From: Microcoleaceae cyanobacterium
GTDB lineage: Bacteria > Cyanobacteriota > Cyanobacteriia > Cyanobacteriales > Microcoleaceae
Assembly (NCBI GenBank): GCA_051652765.1
Contig: JBOFUV010000102.1
Span: 1 to 64,000 of the forward strand
Reading direction: 5' to 3'
DNA length: 64,000 bases
Shown piece by piece: positions 52,018-61,187 of this stretch (the first letter of the stretch is position 1; every line of letters begins with the position of its first letter). The notes beneath the pieces are model-generated. The model did not search any database, had not been told where the DNA came from, and saw nothing but the letters and a program-made list of their open reading frames with translations. A program made the position numbers and the translations under genes.

Positions 52018-52638
52018 ATGACCTATTTCAACGAAGAACAGCCCGAACGTAAAGCAGGTAAACCGGATGAGGTTTGGTCTGACCCGCTAACCCAGACTCA
52101 AGAACTCACAGTTGCTGAACTGACCCAACAGGTGACTCAACTCGAGGAAAAACTAGGCCAGGTCGTTGAGCTTTTAGGAGATATTTATCGCTATGGAAAA
52201 TTAAGGAATTTCCTAGCAGCCCAACAATTTAGAGAGGCAGACGAAGAAACCCTGAGGGTAATGCTAGAAATCTCTGGGCAGGGTAGCCAGGATCAGATTA
52301 CTCCAGAGGGTATCTTGCAATTTCCTTGTAGCTCAATTCAGTTGATTGACCAACTGTGGGTCAAGTATAGTGGCGGACGGTTTGGCTTTAGTGTTCAAAA
52401 TCGAATCTATCAGGAGCTAGGCGGAAACGATGATATCACCCGCATCGACATGGATTTACTGCATCAAGTTGGCGATCGCCTAGGGGCTCGGGAAAATAAT
52501 AAATGGATTGCCTACACTGACTTAAATTTCAGCTTGGCAGCTCCTGAAGGGTGTTTTCCTGCTGCGTGGTGGCAGTCTCCCTACGGTGCAAAAATGATTG
52601 TTTACTTCTGTGCTCGCATCATTGCCTGCGGAATCTAG
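52018..52638 (+). CDS. GUN4-domain protein with short N-terminal coiled coil
   Basis: Y.KLR.FLA...F.EAD.ET, FPC..I..ID.LW.KYS.GRFGFSVQ, AP.G..P. Confidence 0.88.
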   Translation: MTYFNEEQPERKAGKPDEVWSDPLTQTQELTVAELTQQVTQLEEKLGQVVELLGDIYRYGKLRNFLAAQQFREADEETLRVMLEISGQGSQDQITPEGILQFPCSSIQLIDQLWVKYSGGRFGFSVQNRIYQELGGNDDITRIDMDLLHQVGDRLGARENNKWIAYTDLNFSLAAPEGCFPAAWWQSPYGAKMIVYFCARIIACGI

Positions 52639-52693
52639 ACCCAAAACAAGATAGGGCATCAGATCTAGATACCGCAAAGAATGGTAAGGGATT

Positions 52694-52852
52694 CTATTCC
52701 TTTTCTTCTTCGTCTTCTTTGCTCTTGGTCTGCTGATTATCGGAATATTGTCTGCCTTTAGAATAATTGCGAGCAGGACTCTTCCGGAACTTACGGGCGT
52801 GCATTTCGTTGCGCTTTGCTTTTTCTTTCTTAAGATTACGTCTTTTAGCCAC
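52694..52852 (-). CDS. Small Lys/Arg-rich protein with acidic tail (52 aa), missed by ORF track
   Basis: GTG start; MAKRRNLKKEKAKRNEMHARKFRKSPARNYSKGRQYSDNQQTKSKEDEEEKE*; N-terminus resembles, from memory, a conserved cyanobacterial small protein. Confidence 0.75.
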   Translation of the reverse strand: MAKRRNLKKEKAKRNEMHARKFRKSPARNYSKGRQYSDNQQTKSKEDEEEKE

Positions 52853-52984
52853 TCTGTTTGTCCACTAGTACATCAAAAAAACTCAAGGCGCTAAGCCCTC
52901 TAACCTGAGAAACTCTCAACATCACTAAAACTCTATTCGGGAAAACCCCAGCACTGCCTCAACAAATTCAAACAAAATGAATGA

Positions 52985-53110
52985 ACGGTGAGTGTTACCG
53001 GTGCTAAGTTCGACTTCCTACCTCAGCCTACTGCGGAAAGACAAGGGTTCGGAACTTAAATCTGCTACAGCTAATCGCTAGCCAAGTCAACACGTGCAGT
53101 AGACTGCCGA
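52985..53110 (-). ncRNA. Candidate structured 5' leader / cis-regulatory RNA
   Basis: 11-bp stem 53096-106/53024-34 whose single non-WC pair is G-U only on the - strand; further stems cross it. Confidence 0.5.
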
Positions 53111-53166
53111 ATCTTGTTTTACTACTGTTCTAGGGTAACACAGATCACCTGAATTGAACTTGGCCG

Positions 53167-54303
53167 TCAGCACTCCTGTGAAAATAGGGACAACTGCTCT
53201 CCAGGATAGGAGTAACCTAAGTGTTTCCAGGCGTGGGGAGTCGCAACCCGTCCCCGATGGGTGCGTTGCAGGAGGCCCATTTGCATGAGATAGGGTTCGT
53301 ACACCTCTTCAATGGTTTGGGTATCTTCCCCTGTAGAGGCAGCCATTGTTTCTAAACCGACAGGCCCCCCGTTAAAGTTTTCAATCATCATGGTTAGCAG
53401 GTTACGGTCTGTCCAATCTAATCCAATCGGATCAACGTTGAACAGTTCTAAAGCCGTTGTTGCCAACTCCTCCGTGATCGACCCAGAAGCCTTTACTTCA
53501 ACATAATCCCGGACTCGCTTCAACAAACGATTGGCGATTCTTGGGGTGCCTCGGGAGCGGCGGGCAATTTCTTCAGACCCCCTAGGAGTGATGGGGGTGT
53601 TCAGGATCTGAGCTGTACGGTGGATAATCTGACTCAGTTCATCGATTTCATAAAATCTTAATCTTTGAATCAGACCAAAGCGATCGCGCAGTGGAGAGGT
53701 CAGCGATCCAACTTTTGTGGTTGCCCCGATCAGGGTAAACGGCTTGAGGGGAAGACTCCGGGTTTTTGCCGTGCGTCCCTGACCCGTGGTGATATCTAGA
53801 CGAAAGTCCTCCATGGCAGGATAGAGAATTTCCTCGGCAACTTTAGACAAGCGGTGAATTTCATCGAGAAACAGAATCTCTCCGGGTTTGAGATTGACTA
53901 AGAGTCCAGCAATATCACGGGGCTTTTCTAGGGCAGGAGCAGTGGTGATTTTGCAAGTCACCCCCATTTCTGTGGCAAGAATGATGGCCATTGTGGTTTT
54001 CCCCAGTCCCGGTGGGCCATAGAGCAAAATGTGATCCAGGGGTTCATTCCTGGACTGGGCGGCGGCGATCGCAATATTCAGTACTTCTTTGAGATCTTTT
54101 TGACCAATGTACTCCGCCAACCGTTGGGGTCTCAGGGTCTCCTCCTGCTTGATATTCCCTTTTTCTTCCGGTGTTTCTTGAGGTTTCAATAAGTTCTCAG
54201 AGGGAAGGTCTTGTGATTTTGTCTTGGCTGAACTGGCCAAAGAGTTTGCCGGGGGGGTTTGGCGGGGTTCAGCAGGTTGCGGCTTGGAGGAGATAATGGC
54301 CAT
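53167..54303 (-). CDS. ruvB: Holliday junction branch migration helicase RuvB
   Basis: [52 protein letters not shown]. Confidence 0.97.
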   Translation of the reverse strand: MAIISSKPQPAEPRQTPPANSLASSAKTKSQDLPSENLLKPQETPEEKGNIKQEETLRPQRLAEYIGQKDLKEVLNIAIAAAQSRNEPLDHILLYGPPGLGKTTMAIILATEMGVTCKITTAPALEKPRDIAGLLVNLKPGEILFLDEIHRLSKVAEEILYPAMEDFRLDITTGQGRTAKTRSLPLKPFTLIGATTKVGSLTSPLRDRFGLIQRLRFYEIDELSQIIHRTAQILNTPITPRGSEEIARRSRGTPRIANRLLKRVRDYVEVKASGSITEELATTALELFNVDPIGLDWTDRNLLTMMIENFNGGPVGLETMAASTGEDTQTIEEVYEPYLMQMGLLQRTHRGRVATPHAWKHLGYSYPGEQLSLFSQEC

Positions 54304-54476
54304 GTTTGGAGTCAGCAAGGAGTAGACTTATTCTTCATTCATTCTACCTGTTAGACTAGAGCTTCCTGTAGGAATTAGGTAAAGTGAGCGGGCATCTTGC
54401 CTGCACAGGCTGGAAGCCCAAGCCACAGATCACAACAGATATTTGATGAATCATTCCTGGCTGCTCTGTAGCCACC

Positions 54477-55667
54477 TTAAGCAGATTTGAGATCACTGAT
54501 GGCTTTGACCAAACGTTCCAGCTCAAAGACCTCAGTGAAGTAGTGAACACAAGCTCGAATACAGGCTGGATGCAAAATTGTTCGCACATAGATTCCTTGG
54601 GTTTCAAGGGCTCTAACTGCTTCGCTGTGAGAGATACCGTTAATCAACTGAAACGAGACCAAACCCGCTTCTGGAGGAGCCGTTCGCAAACAAGTAACGT
54701 GGGGAATTTGGCTTAACTGTTGCCAAAGCCAGCCACTCAATTGACAAATCTGGTGATATCGTGCCGTAGCAGTTCCCCAGTCATGATGCAGGGCGATCGC
54801 CTCTCGCAGTCCAGCATAGAGAGGATAGGCAGAAGTGGCGATTTCATAGCGCTGTCCATCGGGTTTCCAGTCAATCGGTTGTCCAGTTTTGTCAATGGTA
54901 ATTCCGCGCCAACCGATAAACGTAGGCGAGAGTTCTAGTCGGGCCTCAGGACTCACATACAGTCCCCCCAATCCCTCTGGCCCACACAACCATTTGTGAC
55001 CTGTGAAGGCATAGAAGTCCACATTCAATTCCACCAGGTTGAGCGGTAACACACCCACGGATTGGGCGGCATCGACGAGTACCCGAACTTTCCCCTGGGG
55101 TTGATCATGACAGAGACCCATAATATCTGCCAAAGGCAGCACCTGTCCTGTATTCCAGAGAATGTGACTGATTACAACCAATCGAGTTCGAGGTTGCAAA
55201 TGTGCAGCAATGACTTGAACGGGATCACCTTGATTTAAGGTTTCCAGTAAGGGACAGACGGAAACCTTAAGCTGAAATCGTCGTTGTAGTTCCTGAATCG
55301 CGGCGATAATGCCGGGGTGTTCACAATCGGAGAGCAATATATGATCGCCGGGTTGCCAATCCATTCCCCACAAAGGAATATTGCAGCCAACGGTAACATC
55401 TTCTGTGAATGTGATTGTTTCAGAAGATACACCGAGTTCAGCAGCGATCGCCTGTCGAGTAGAGTTTGACTCCAGTTTTAGCCAATTTCCTACGGCTAGA
55501 GAGAATGGCCCTTTTTGCTGAACGGCGGTATAAAATTGATAGATTGAGTCTAAAGAAATCTGGGGAAGAGGCCCCTGTCCGCCATAATTGAAATAAGCTT
55601 TATTTGTTAAAGCAGGAAATAGGGTTCGATGATGTTTTTGATGGTGCTCTAAGGTAAGATTGGTCAT
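54477..55667 (-). CDS. Class V PLP aminotransferase (cystine C-S lyase/CefD-like)
   Basis: YFNYGGQG, CEH, SHILWNTG, DAAQS, TGHKW.CGPEG.G. Confidence 0.9.
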   Translation of the reverse strand: MTNLTLEHHQKHHRTLFPALTNKAYFNYGGQGPLPQISLDSIYQFYTAVQQKGPFSLAVGNWLKLESNSTRQAIAAELGVSSETITFTEDVTVGCNIPLWGMDWQPGDHILLSDCEHPGIIAAIQELQRRFQLKVSVCPLLETLNQGDPVQVIAAHLQPRTRLVVISHILWNTGQVLPLADIMGLCHDQPQGKVRVLVDAAQSVGVLPLNLVELNVDFYAFTGHKWLCGPEGLGGLYVSPEARLELSPTFIGWRGITIDKTGQPIDWKPDGQRYEIATSAYPLYAGLREAIALHHDWGTATARYHQICQLSGWLWQQLSQIPHVTCLRTAPPEAGLVSFQLINGISHSEAVRALETQGIYVRTILHPACIRACVHYFTEVFELERLVKAISDLKSA

Positions 55668-55750
55668 TTCCTGAAAAGATTACTTAGAAATAAATTTTTC
55701 TTTATATTAATCAATGTCTTTATGATTAATGTCTTCATGCTAATTTCTTC

Positions 55751-57367
55751 ATGTTAGTTACAGACCAGCAACTGTTGTTCTATCAACGTTGCGATCGCCG
55801 TGCTTTTCTGGACACTTACGGAGAGTCGGGCCAAAAAGAGCCTCCAAGTGACTTTTTGCTGAAGCTGATGCAGGATAGTGCTGCTTTTCAGCAAGGCGTT
55901 CTAGCGAATCAGGTGTATGAAACTCCAAACTATTCTGAGAGAAACTGGGCTTCTGGGGCACGGGCAACCTTAGAGCTGATGCAACAGGGTGTAGAACGAA
56001 TCTGCAGAGGGGTTCTGATGGTGATGCCAGAGCAACTCAGTCAAGTACAGTGGCTCCCAACTTCAGGGGAAGTTACGTTAGTCAGTTGTCCTGATATTCT
56101 AGTGAAACAACCCGGATATTCCAACTTTGGGGATTGGATCTATGTCCCAACGGATATTCGTCTGGGCAAGCGTCCTAAGCTAGACTACCAAATAATCGCG
56201 ACATTTCATGCTCAAGTTCTGGCTTTTGTTCAAGGAACCCTGCCGGATGTCTCTTGGTTGATTCTGCGGGAGAAGGGAGCCTATGGCGTAAACCTTGGTC
56301 AGCGCCTTCACCAAATGCGAGAGATTTTGGCCAGCTATGTTGCTATGATGCTGCTCAAGCAGGAACCCGAGGTGTTCATTGCGCGTCAAAAATGTAGCTT
56401 GTGTCAGTGGTATCAAAGCTGTTATGCCGTGGCTCAAGCTCAGCACCATCTATCCCTGCTGCCCGGTGTAACGCCGACTCGGTATTTATGTTTACAAGAT
56501 CTGAACCTTCTGAGTGTTGAAGCCTTGGCCCAAGCGGCTCCGGACGTGTTAGAAAACTGTCCAGAGTTTTCGGATGGCAGCGCCGTTCAAGTGATCCAAC
56601 AGGCTCAGGCCATTTGGCAAAATCGAGCTGTTTTACGATTGGAGCCTCAAGCTAGTTTGGCACTTTCGACTGCAACAGGTTTAACTTCATCAGGTTCAAC
56701 TTCATTAGGGGCTGGGAATCCTTCGAATGGTTCTGGCCAACCCCGAAAAAATGGCGATCGCAGCTCAAGTGACCCAGGGAAAAGACCTGAGGATTTTTTG
56801 GGTTCCGCTCCAGTTGAACTGTACTTTGATCTTGAAGCTCAACCGGACTTAAATCTAGATTATTTGCATGGTGTGCTAGTGGTTGATCAGCGTTCCAATA
56901 CCCAAACATTTCATGGTCTCCTAGCAGAGCATCCAGAGGCGGGAGCAACAGTTTGGCAACAATTTTTAGAGTTGGTTTGGACTTATCCGATTGCCCCAAT
57001 TTATCATTTTTGTGACTATGAATCCAAAACAATTCAACGGCTGGCTAAACTTTACAACACTCCCCGTTATCTCTGGCAACCCTTACTCAAACGCTCTGTT
57101 GACATCCATCAAAAAGTGACTCAAGCCGTCACCCTGCCCGTGGAAAGCTATGCTCTCAAACCGATTGCCCGGTGGATGGGATTTGAATGGCGCGATGCCA
57201 ATGCGAATGGGGCTCAATGTGTCTACTGGTACGAACAGTGGCTCAGGACAGGCGATCGCACCTTCCTTGAGGCCATCGTGCGCTATAACGAGGATGATTG
57301 TCGGGCAACCTATCATGTGAAAGAATGGTTGGCGGATTTCTTACAGAAAAGTTTTTTGCAGAACTAA
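55751..57367 (+). CDS. TM0106 family RecB-like putative nuclease
   Basis: QRC.RRAFLD, PD.LVK, C.LC.W...C, YFDLE, SY.LK.IA...GF.W, YNEDDC.AT. Confidence 0.9.
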   Translation: MLVTDQQLLFYQRCDRRAFLDTYGESGQKEPPSDFLLKLMQDSAAFQQGVLANQVYETPNYSERNWASGARATLELMQQGVERICRGVLMVMPEQLSQVQWLPTSGEVTLVSCPDILVKQPGYSNFGDWIYVPTDIRLGKRPKLDYQIIATFHAQVLAFVQGTLPDVSWLILREKGAYGVNLGQRLHQMREILASYVAMMLLKQEPEVFIARQKCSLCQWYQSCYAVAQAQHHLSLLPGVTPTRYLCLQDLNLLSVEALAQAAPDVLENCPEFSDGSAVQVIQQAQAIWQNRAVLRLEPQASLALSTATGLTSSGSTSLGAGNPSNGSGQPRKNGDRSSSDPGKRPEDFLGSAPVELYFDLEAQPDLNLDYLHGVLVVDQRSNTQTFHGLLAEHPEAGATVWQQFLELVWTYPIAPIYHFCDYESKTIQRLAKLYNTPRYLWQPLLKRSVDIHQKVTQAVTLPVESYALKPIARWMGFEWRDANANGAQCVYWYEQWLRTGDRTFLEAIVRYNEDDCRATYHVKEWLADFLQKSFLQN

Positions 57368-57395
57368 CACAGAACTAACACAGAATTAGCTTAAT

Positions 57396-58574
57396 ATGAT
57401 TCGTAAATTTAGCGGGTTTTTGATGGTTGGCTTAGGGTTGGTTGTGGCGATCGCCTTTTTGCATCAAACCCTAATAGTTCAGGCAGACTCGAAAAAATTA
57501 GAGTTTTTAGGTCAAGCGACGTTCCCAACGGGGTCGCTGTTTGAACAGACTGAGATCGGAGGATTGTCAGGCATTACTTATAATCCAGATCTGGATGTTT
57601 ACTATGTAATTTCTGATGATCGAGGCGAGAAAACACCCCCGAGATTTTATACCTTAAAGATTGATGTGAAGTCCGGTTTGCAACCCAAGGTTAATCCTGA
57701 TGCCGAACCCAGTGCCAGTAAGGGTTCCTTTGATGAAACTTTAGTCAATATTCAAACTGCAACTTTCCTTCGGGATAGACAAGGTCAGCTATTGCCTGCC
57801 TATACTGCTGATCCAGAAGGGATTGCCTTTGCTGGAGAGAGTGTGTTTATTTCTTCAGAAGGAGATGTCGTCCGCAATATTCCCCCATTTATTAAAGAAT
57901 TCTCTTTGGCAGGTCAGGAACTTCAAGACCTCCCGATTCCTACAAAATTTCTCACTTCAGCAGATGACAAAAACTTTGGAACGCGCAACAATTTAGCCCT
58001 AGAAAGTTTAACTCTAACCCCAAGTAAAACCTCTTTATTCACAGCGACAGAGGGTGCTTTAATTCAAGATGGAGAGCCTGCAACTCCCAAGCAGGGCAGT
58101 CCCAGTCGGATTATTCACTATGATTTGAATACTGGAAAACCTGACCGGGAATATATCTATCAGTCTGAACCTATTGCCGTTTTATCTGATCTTGATCAGG
58201 AGTTCAAGGTGAGTGGATTGGTTGAACTTTTAGCCTTAGATGAAACTCGCTTTTTGAGCTTGGAACGTTCTTTTTCCATCAGTGCTGGAAACGTGATTCA
58301 ACTTTTCAAAGTTTCCCTGGATGACGCTGATCAGGTTCAAGGCATTGACCGTCTTCAAGACCAAATTACCCAATTTTCTCCGGTTCATAAAACCCCATGG
58401 TTGAACTTAAATTCCCTAGGTCTGACTTTGGACAATGTTGAGGGCATGACCTTTGGCCCTGAATTGCCCGACGGGCGGCGATCGCTGATCCTAGTGAGTG
58501 ACAACAACTTTAATCCTATACAAGTGACTCAGATTTTACTCTTTGCTGTTCCTCCAGAAGATCTGATGTTCTAG
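57396..58574 (+). CDS. Esterase-like activity of phytase family secreted protein
   Basis: Signal peptide; GGLSGI.Y, ISDDRG, DPEGI, RNNLALESL, DNVEG, VSDNNF. Confidence 0.88.
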   Translation: MIRKFSGFLMVGLGLVVAIAFLHQTLIVQADSKKLEFLGQATFPTGSLFEQTEIGGLSGITYNPDLDVYYVISDDRGEKTPPRFYTLKIDVKSGLQPKVNPDAEPSASKGSFDETLVNIQTATFLRDRQGQLLPAYTADPEGIAFAGESVFISSEGDVVRNIPPFIKEFSLAGQELQDLPIPTKFLTSADDKNFGTRNNLALESLTLTPSKTSLFTATEGALIQDGEPATPKQGSPSRIIHYDLNTGKPDREYIYQSEPIAVLSDLDQEFKVSGLVELLALDETRFLSLERSFSISAGNVIQLFKVSLDDADQVQGIDRLQDQITQFSPVHKTPWLNLNSLGLTLDNVEGMTFGPELPDGRRSLILVSDNNFNPIQVTQILLFAVPPEDLMF

Positions 58575-58684
58575 ATTTACCCAAAGTAAAAATTAAGGGG
58601 CGCATCTGTCTTTTTACGGTTGATTTTGTAAGTACTTTTGTAGGTAATTTTGTAAGTAACTTTGCAAGTTGTTAGCGGTTCAAA

Positions 58685-59104
58685 TTAGGCAAACAAATCC
58701 AAGGGAAAATGCCCATAGATGCCGTTGAATCCCTTGCTCTCTGGCGATTGATAGGAGACCAACACTCCTCGGTATTGTTCAGCATAAGAAGCTGCGTAAA
58801 AAGATTGAGCACGGCCATTAAATTTGAGATAAACGGCTCCCTCAACCGGAGACAGTTTGCTCTGATCAAGAACGATAGTGCTATAGTTGAATGCCTGTAA
58901 ATATTGATGCAATGTAGTGAATGCTTCCTCCAAAGAATCAGCACAAATACCAAACATTTGATATTCAGAGTCTTGAGCAAGACTTTTTAGCGCTGCCTGA
59001 ACCTGCTCAACTTTCTCTGAAGAAATGAAAGATTGAGTTTTAACGCAAGTAAATTCTTCTAAGAGTTGCTGTGCTGCCTGAACAATCGGAGAAGTAGAGT
59101 TCAA
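58685..59104 (-). CDS. DUF1824 family protein
   Basis: GICADS, G.VYLKFN, Y...YRGVLVS.Q, GH.PLDLF. Confidence 0.85.
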   Translation of the reverse strand: MNSTSPIVQAAQQLLEEFTCVKTQSFISSEKVEQVQAALKSLAQDSEYQMFGICADSLEEAFTTLHQYLQAFNYSTIVLDQSKLSPVEGAVYLKFNGRAQSFYAASYAEQYRGVLVSYQSPESKGFNGIYGHFPLDLFA

Positions 59105-59130
59105 AACTTTTGATGGGTTGAAACTTTAAG

Positions 59131-59152
59131 GGGACGGCCTTTAAACCGTCCC
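59131..59152. terminator. GC hairpin between two - strand genes
   Basis: gggacgg-cctttaaa-ccgtccc. Confidence 0.45.
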
Positions 59153-59164
59153 ACTATACTACCA

Positions 59165-59518
59165 CTAAGCAAGATTCAATTCTCCTTGTTGATTAGAAGG
59201 GTCAAGCAAGATCGTGACTGAAGAAACCCGCTCCAGAATTTGATTCACAGGAGAGTTTACCCCTTCCTCTGTCTCTGGAATAGGAACCAACATCGAATCT
59301 GCGGGTCGCACCCACATCTCGCCCTGTTTGAAAGCCAAGCGCAATTGACCACCTTGTTTCCAAGCGTGGAACTTAACTGCATTCCAGCGAGGATTCACAG
59401 GATATCCTGCAAATCCTGAACGTAGTGCTGGAATACAAGCGTCATCTAGGAACGTCATCACCTGGATGCCGTCGGCAATTTGAACTTTTTTGGCCAGATT
59501 TTGCGGTTTCAATCCCAA
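59165..59518 (-). CDS. Hypothetical protein (cyanobacterial)
   Basis: ALRSGFAGYP.NPRWNA.KF.AWK.G segment; start uncertain. Confidence 0.65.
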   Translation of the reverse strand: MGLKPQNLAKKVQIADGIQVMTFLDDACIPALRSGFAGYPVNPRWNAVKFHAWKQGGQLRLAFKQGEMWVRPADSMLVPIPETEEGVNSPVNQILERVSSVTILLDPSNQQGELNLA

Positions 59519-59804
59519 TTCACCTCCTTTAAGTTTTGTATAGGGCCAACTATTAGCATTGTAACGATGCGGTCTACCCGGTTACAACCAGAGTTAACAA
59601 AAAGTGAAAACGCTGCTTACTCCTCTCTTCAAGGAATTGGAAGACCAAATCCGGAGAGTTGAAAACAGTTCCGTGAAATTAGTGATTTGACTTAATTTCC
59701 TTGCAAATCAACCCTTAACATTCCAAGTCATGTGTATAATTTTGTGCGAGACATTCATCAAACGGCTCCGAGATTTTTATCTGCCTCAATTTTGAAATTC
59801 AGCC

Positions 59805-60452
59805 ATGTATATCCAAACCATTTTTAGAGTTGCTATGGCAGCCACTATTGTCTGTGCTTTTCCTTTGGCTGCAAATGCCCAGACCGTTAATGCCCGCTGC
59901 GATATTTATCCCCAAGGCGAAGATAGGGCTTCTGCTGTGCTACCCTGCACCTTCTCTCAACGTCAAGGGGCTGTCCGGATTACTCGGCAAGATGGCGTTA
60001 CCCATGAACTAAGTCCAACAGGTTCGGAACCAGGGAACTATCTGGATCAAAACGGCAAAGCCGCTTACCGTCAGGCTGGCTTGGGCGATCGCGGTCAAAT
60101 TTATCGTCTTGCCAATGAGTCAGTTTATGTTTATTGGGATACTGCAGGGCTACCTTCCTCGAGCAACACTAGCAAGAATCCAGTTACCTCTACCACCGTA
60201 ATCGACCCCAACCATATCAATGTCCAGATTACTGAAGGAGAATTCTCCTTCCGAGGTACCCTGACCAAACTGCCGGGGCCGGATTATTCGGGCAGCGATG
60301 GACGGGTGCGCGTGGTGCTGACCCCTAGCAGTGGACGTGTCCTCATCTTTAACGAAGTAACGGGGAAAACTTTCTATGACTACAAGATCAATCCAGTGGC
60401 GGTGGGTGAAGATCCAAATACTATGTGCAACCCTGCCCTAGAACGTTGTTAG
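59805..60452 (+). CDS. Secreted hypothetical protein
   Basis: Signal peptide ending ANA-Q; ARCDIYP.G.D.A....PC.FSQRQG; C-terminal Cys pair. Confidence 0.75.
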   Translation: MYIQTIFRVAMAATIVCAFPLAANAQTVNARCDIYPQGEDRASAVLPCTFSQRQGAVRITRQDGVTHELSPTGSEPGNYLDQNGKAAYRQAGLGDRGQIYRLANESVYVYWDTAGLPSSSNTSKNPVTSTTVIDPNHINVQITEGEFSFRGTLTKLPGPDYSGSDGRVRVVLTPSSGRVLIFNEVTGKTFYDYKINPVAVGEDPNTMCNPALERC

Positions 60453-60457
60453 AGGGC

Positions 60458-60482
60458 AGCGTTATAAAGTTGTTATAACGCT
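60458..60482. terminator. 10-bp inverted repeat just after stop codon
   Basis: agcgttataa-agttg-ttataacgct. Confidence 0.5.
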
Positions 60483-60599
60483 GCGGTTTTCGCAATTGGC
60501 AGTATAGCGCGATCGCTCGCACTCTGGAAAGTAGACTTTATCGAATTGCAATTTCCTTCAGATGCAGAGCCTAAATGGCTGTTGGAAGTCAGTCGTCTG

Positions 60600-61160
60600 G
60601 TACTTCCATGAAAACTAAAACGATTACTTTCTCGACTCAATTTCCTCTCGGTACTTTTCTAACCGATTGTTGATCTCTTTTTTTTCATCGACTAGCTCAA
60701 GGTCTTGACAAGGATTCTGCTTTTGAGACTTCTTCCAAGAAATCCCTGCTTCTTGAAACAGGTCGTAGTAGCTTGATTTTGCCGCAAACATCACATCAAA
60801 CTGCTCCATAATGTAGCGTTCCAGTTCATTAAGATTCCAATAATTCTTGTGTTTCAACCAGCTCCGAACTCGCTGCTTTTGTTCAGCCGTGAGGTATCCT
60901 TTTGTCCCTTGATAAGCCAATTTCAGCCCTTCCACGCCTCTGAGCATAAAAGCCTGTTTCCACTTGCTAATGAATCCAGAACAAACCTGCAAGATTGCCA
61001 TTATCTCTTCATGGGTGTAGCCCTGTAGGGTCATGCTGACGGCAAGGGCTCGTTTCAGCTCTCTTGGGTCAGGATTAGAGACAATAAAGGCAGCGAGTTC
61101 TTCCATTAAACTAACCAGTAGCTTTGTTTCAGTTTCTCACACATGATTTCTGACTACTAT
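60600..61160 (-). mobile_element. Truncated IS630-family element (HTH part of transposase, ORF 60624-61106; DDE domain missing)
   Basis: RELKRALAV, FISKWK..F...G..GL.L.Y.G, SYYDLF..AGISWKKSQK.NP; end sequence atagtagtcagaaatcatgtgtgag upstream. Confidence 0.8.
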
Positions 61161-61187
61161 GGATAACATTTTTGTCATTCAGCCGTC

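Noticed and set aside
52018..52638. The canonical chlorophyll-synthesis gun4 (ycf53)
   Set aside because: N-terminus is a short coiled coil rather than the usual helical domain; treated as a GUN4-domain paralogue
55751..57367. Cas4 / CRISPR adaptation module or defence island
   Set aside because: RecB-like similarity only; housekeeping neighbours and no cas1 or array
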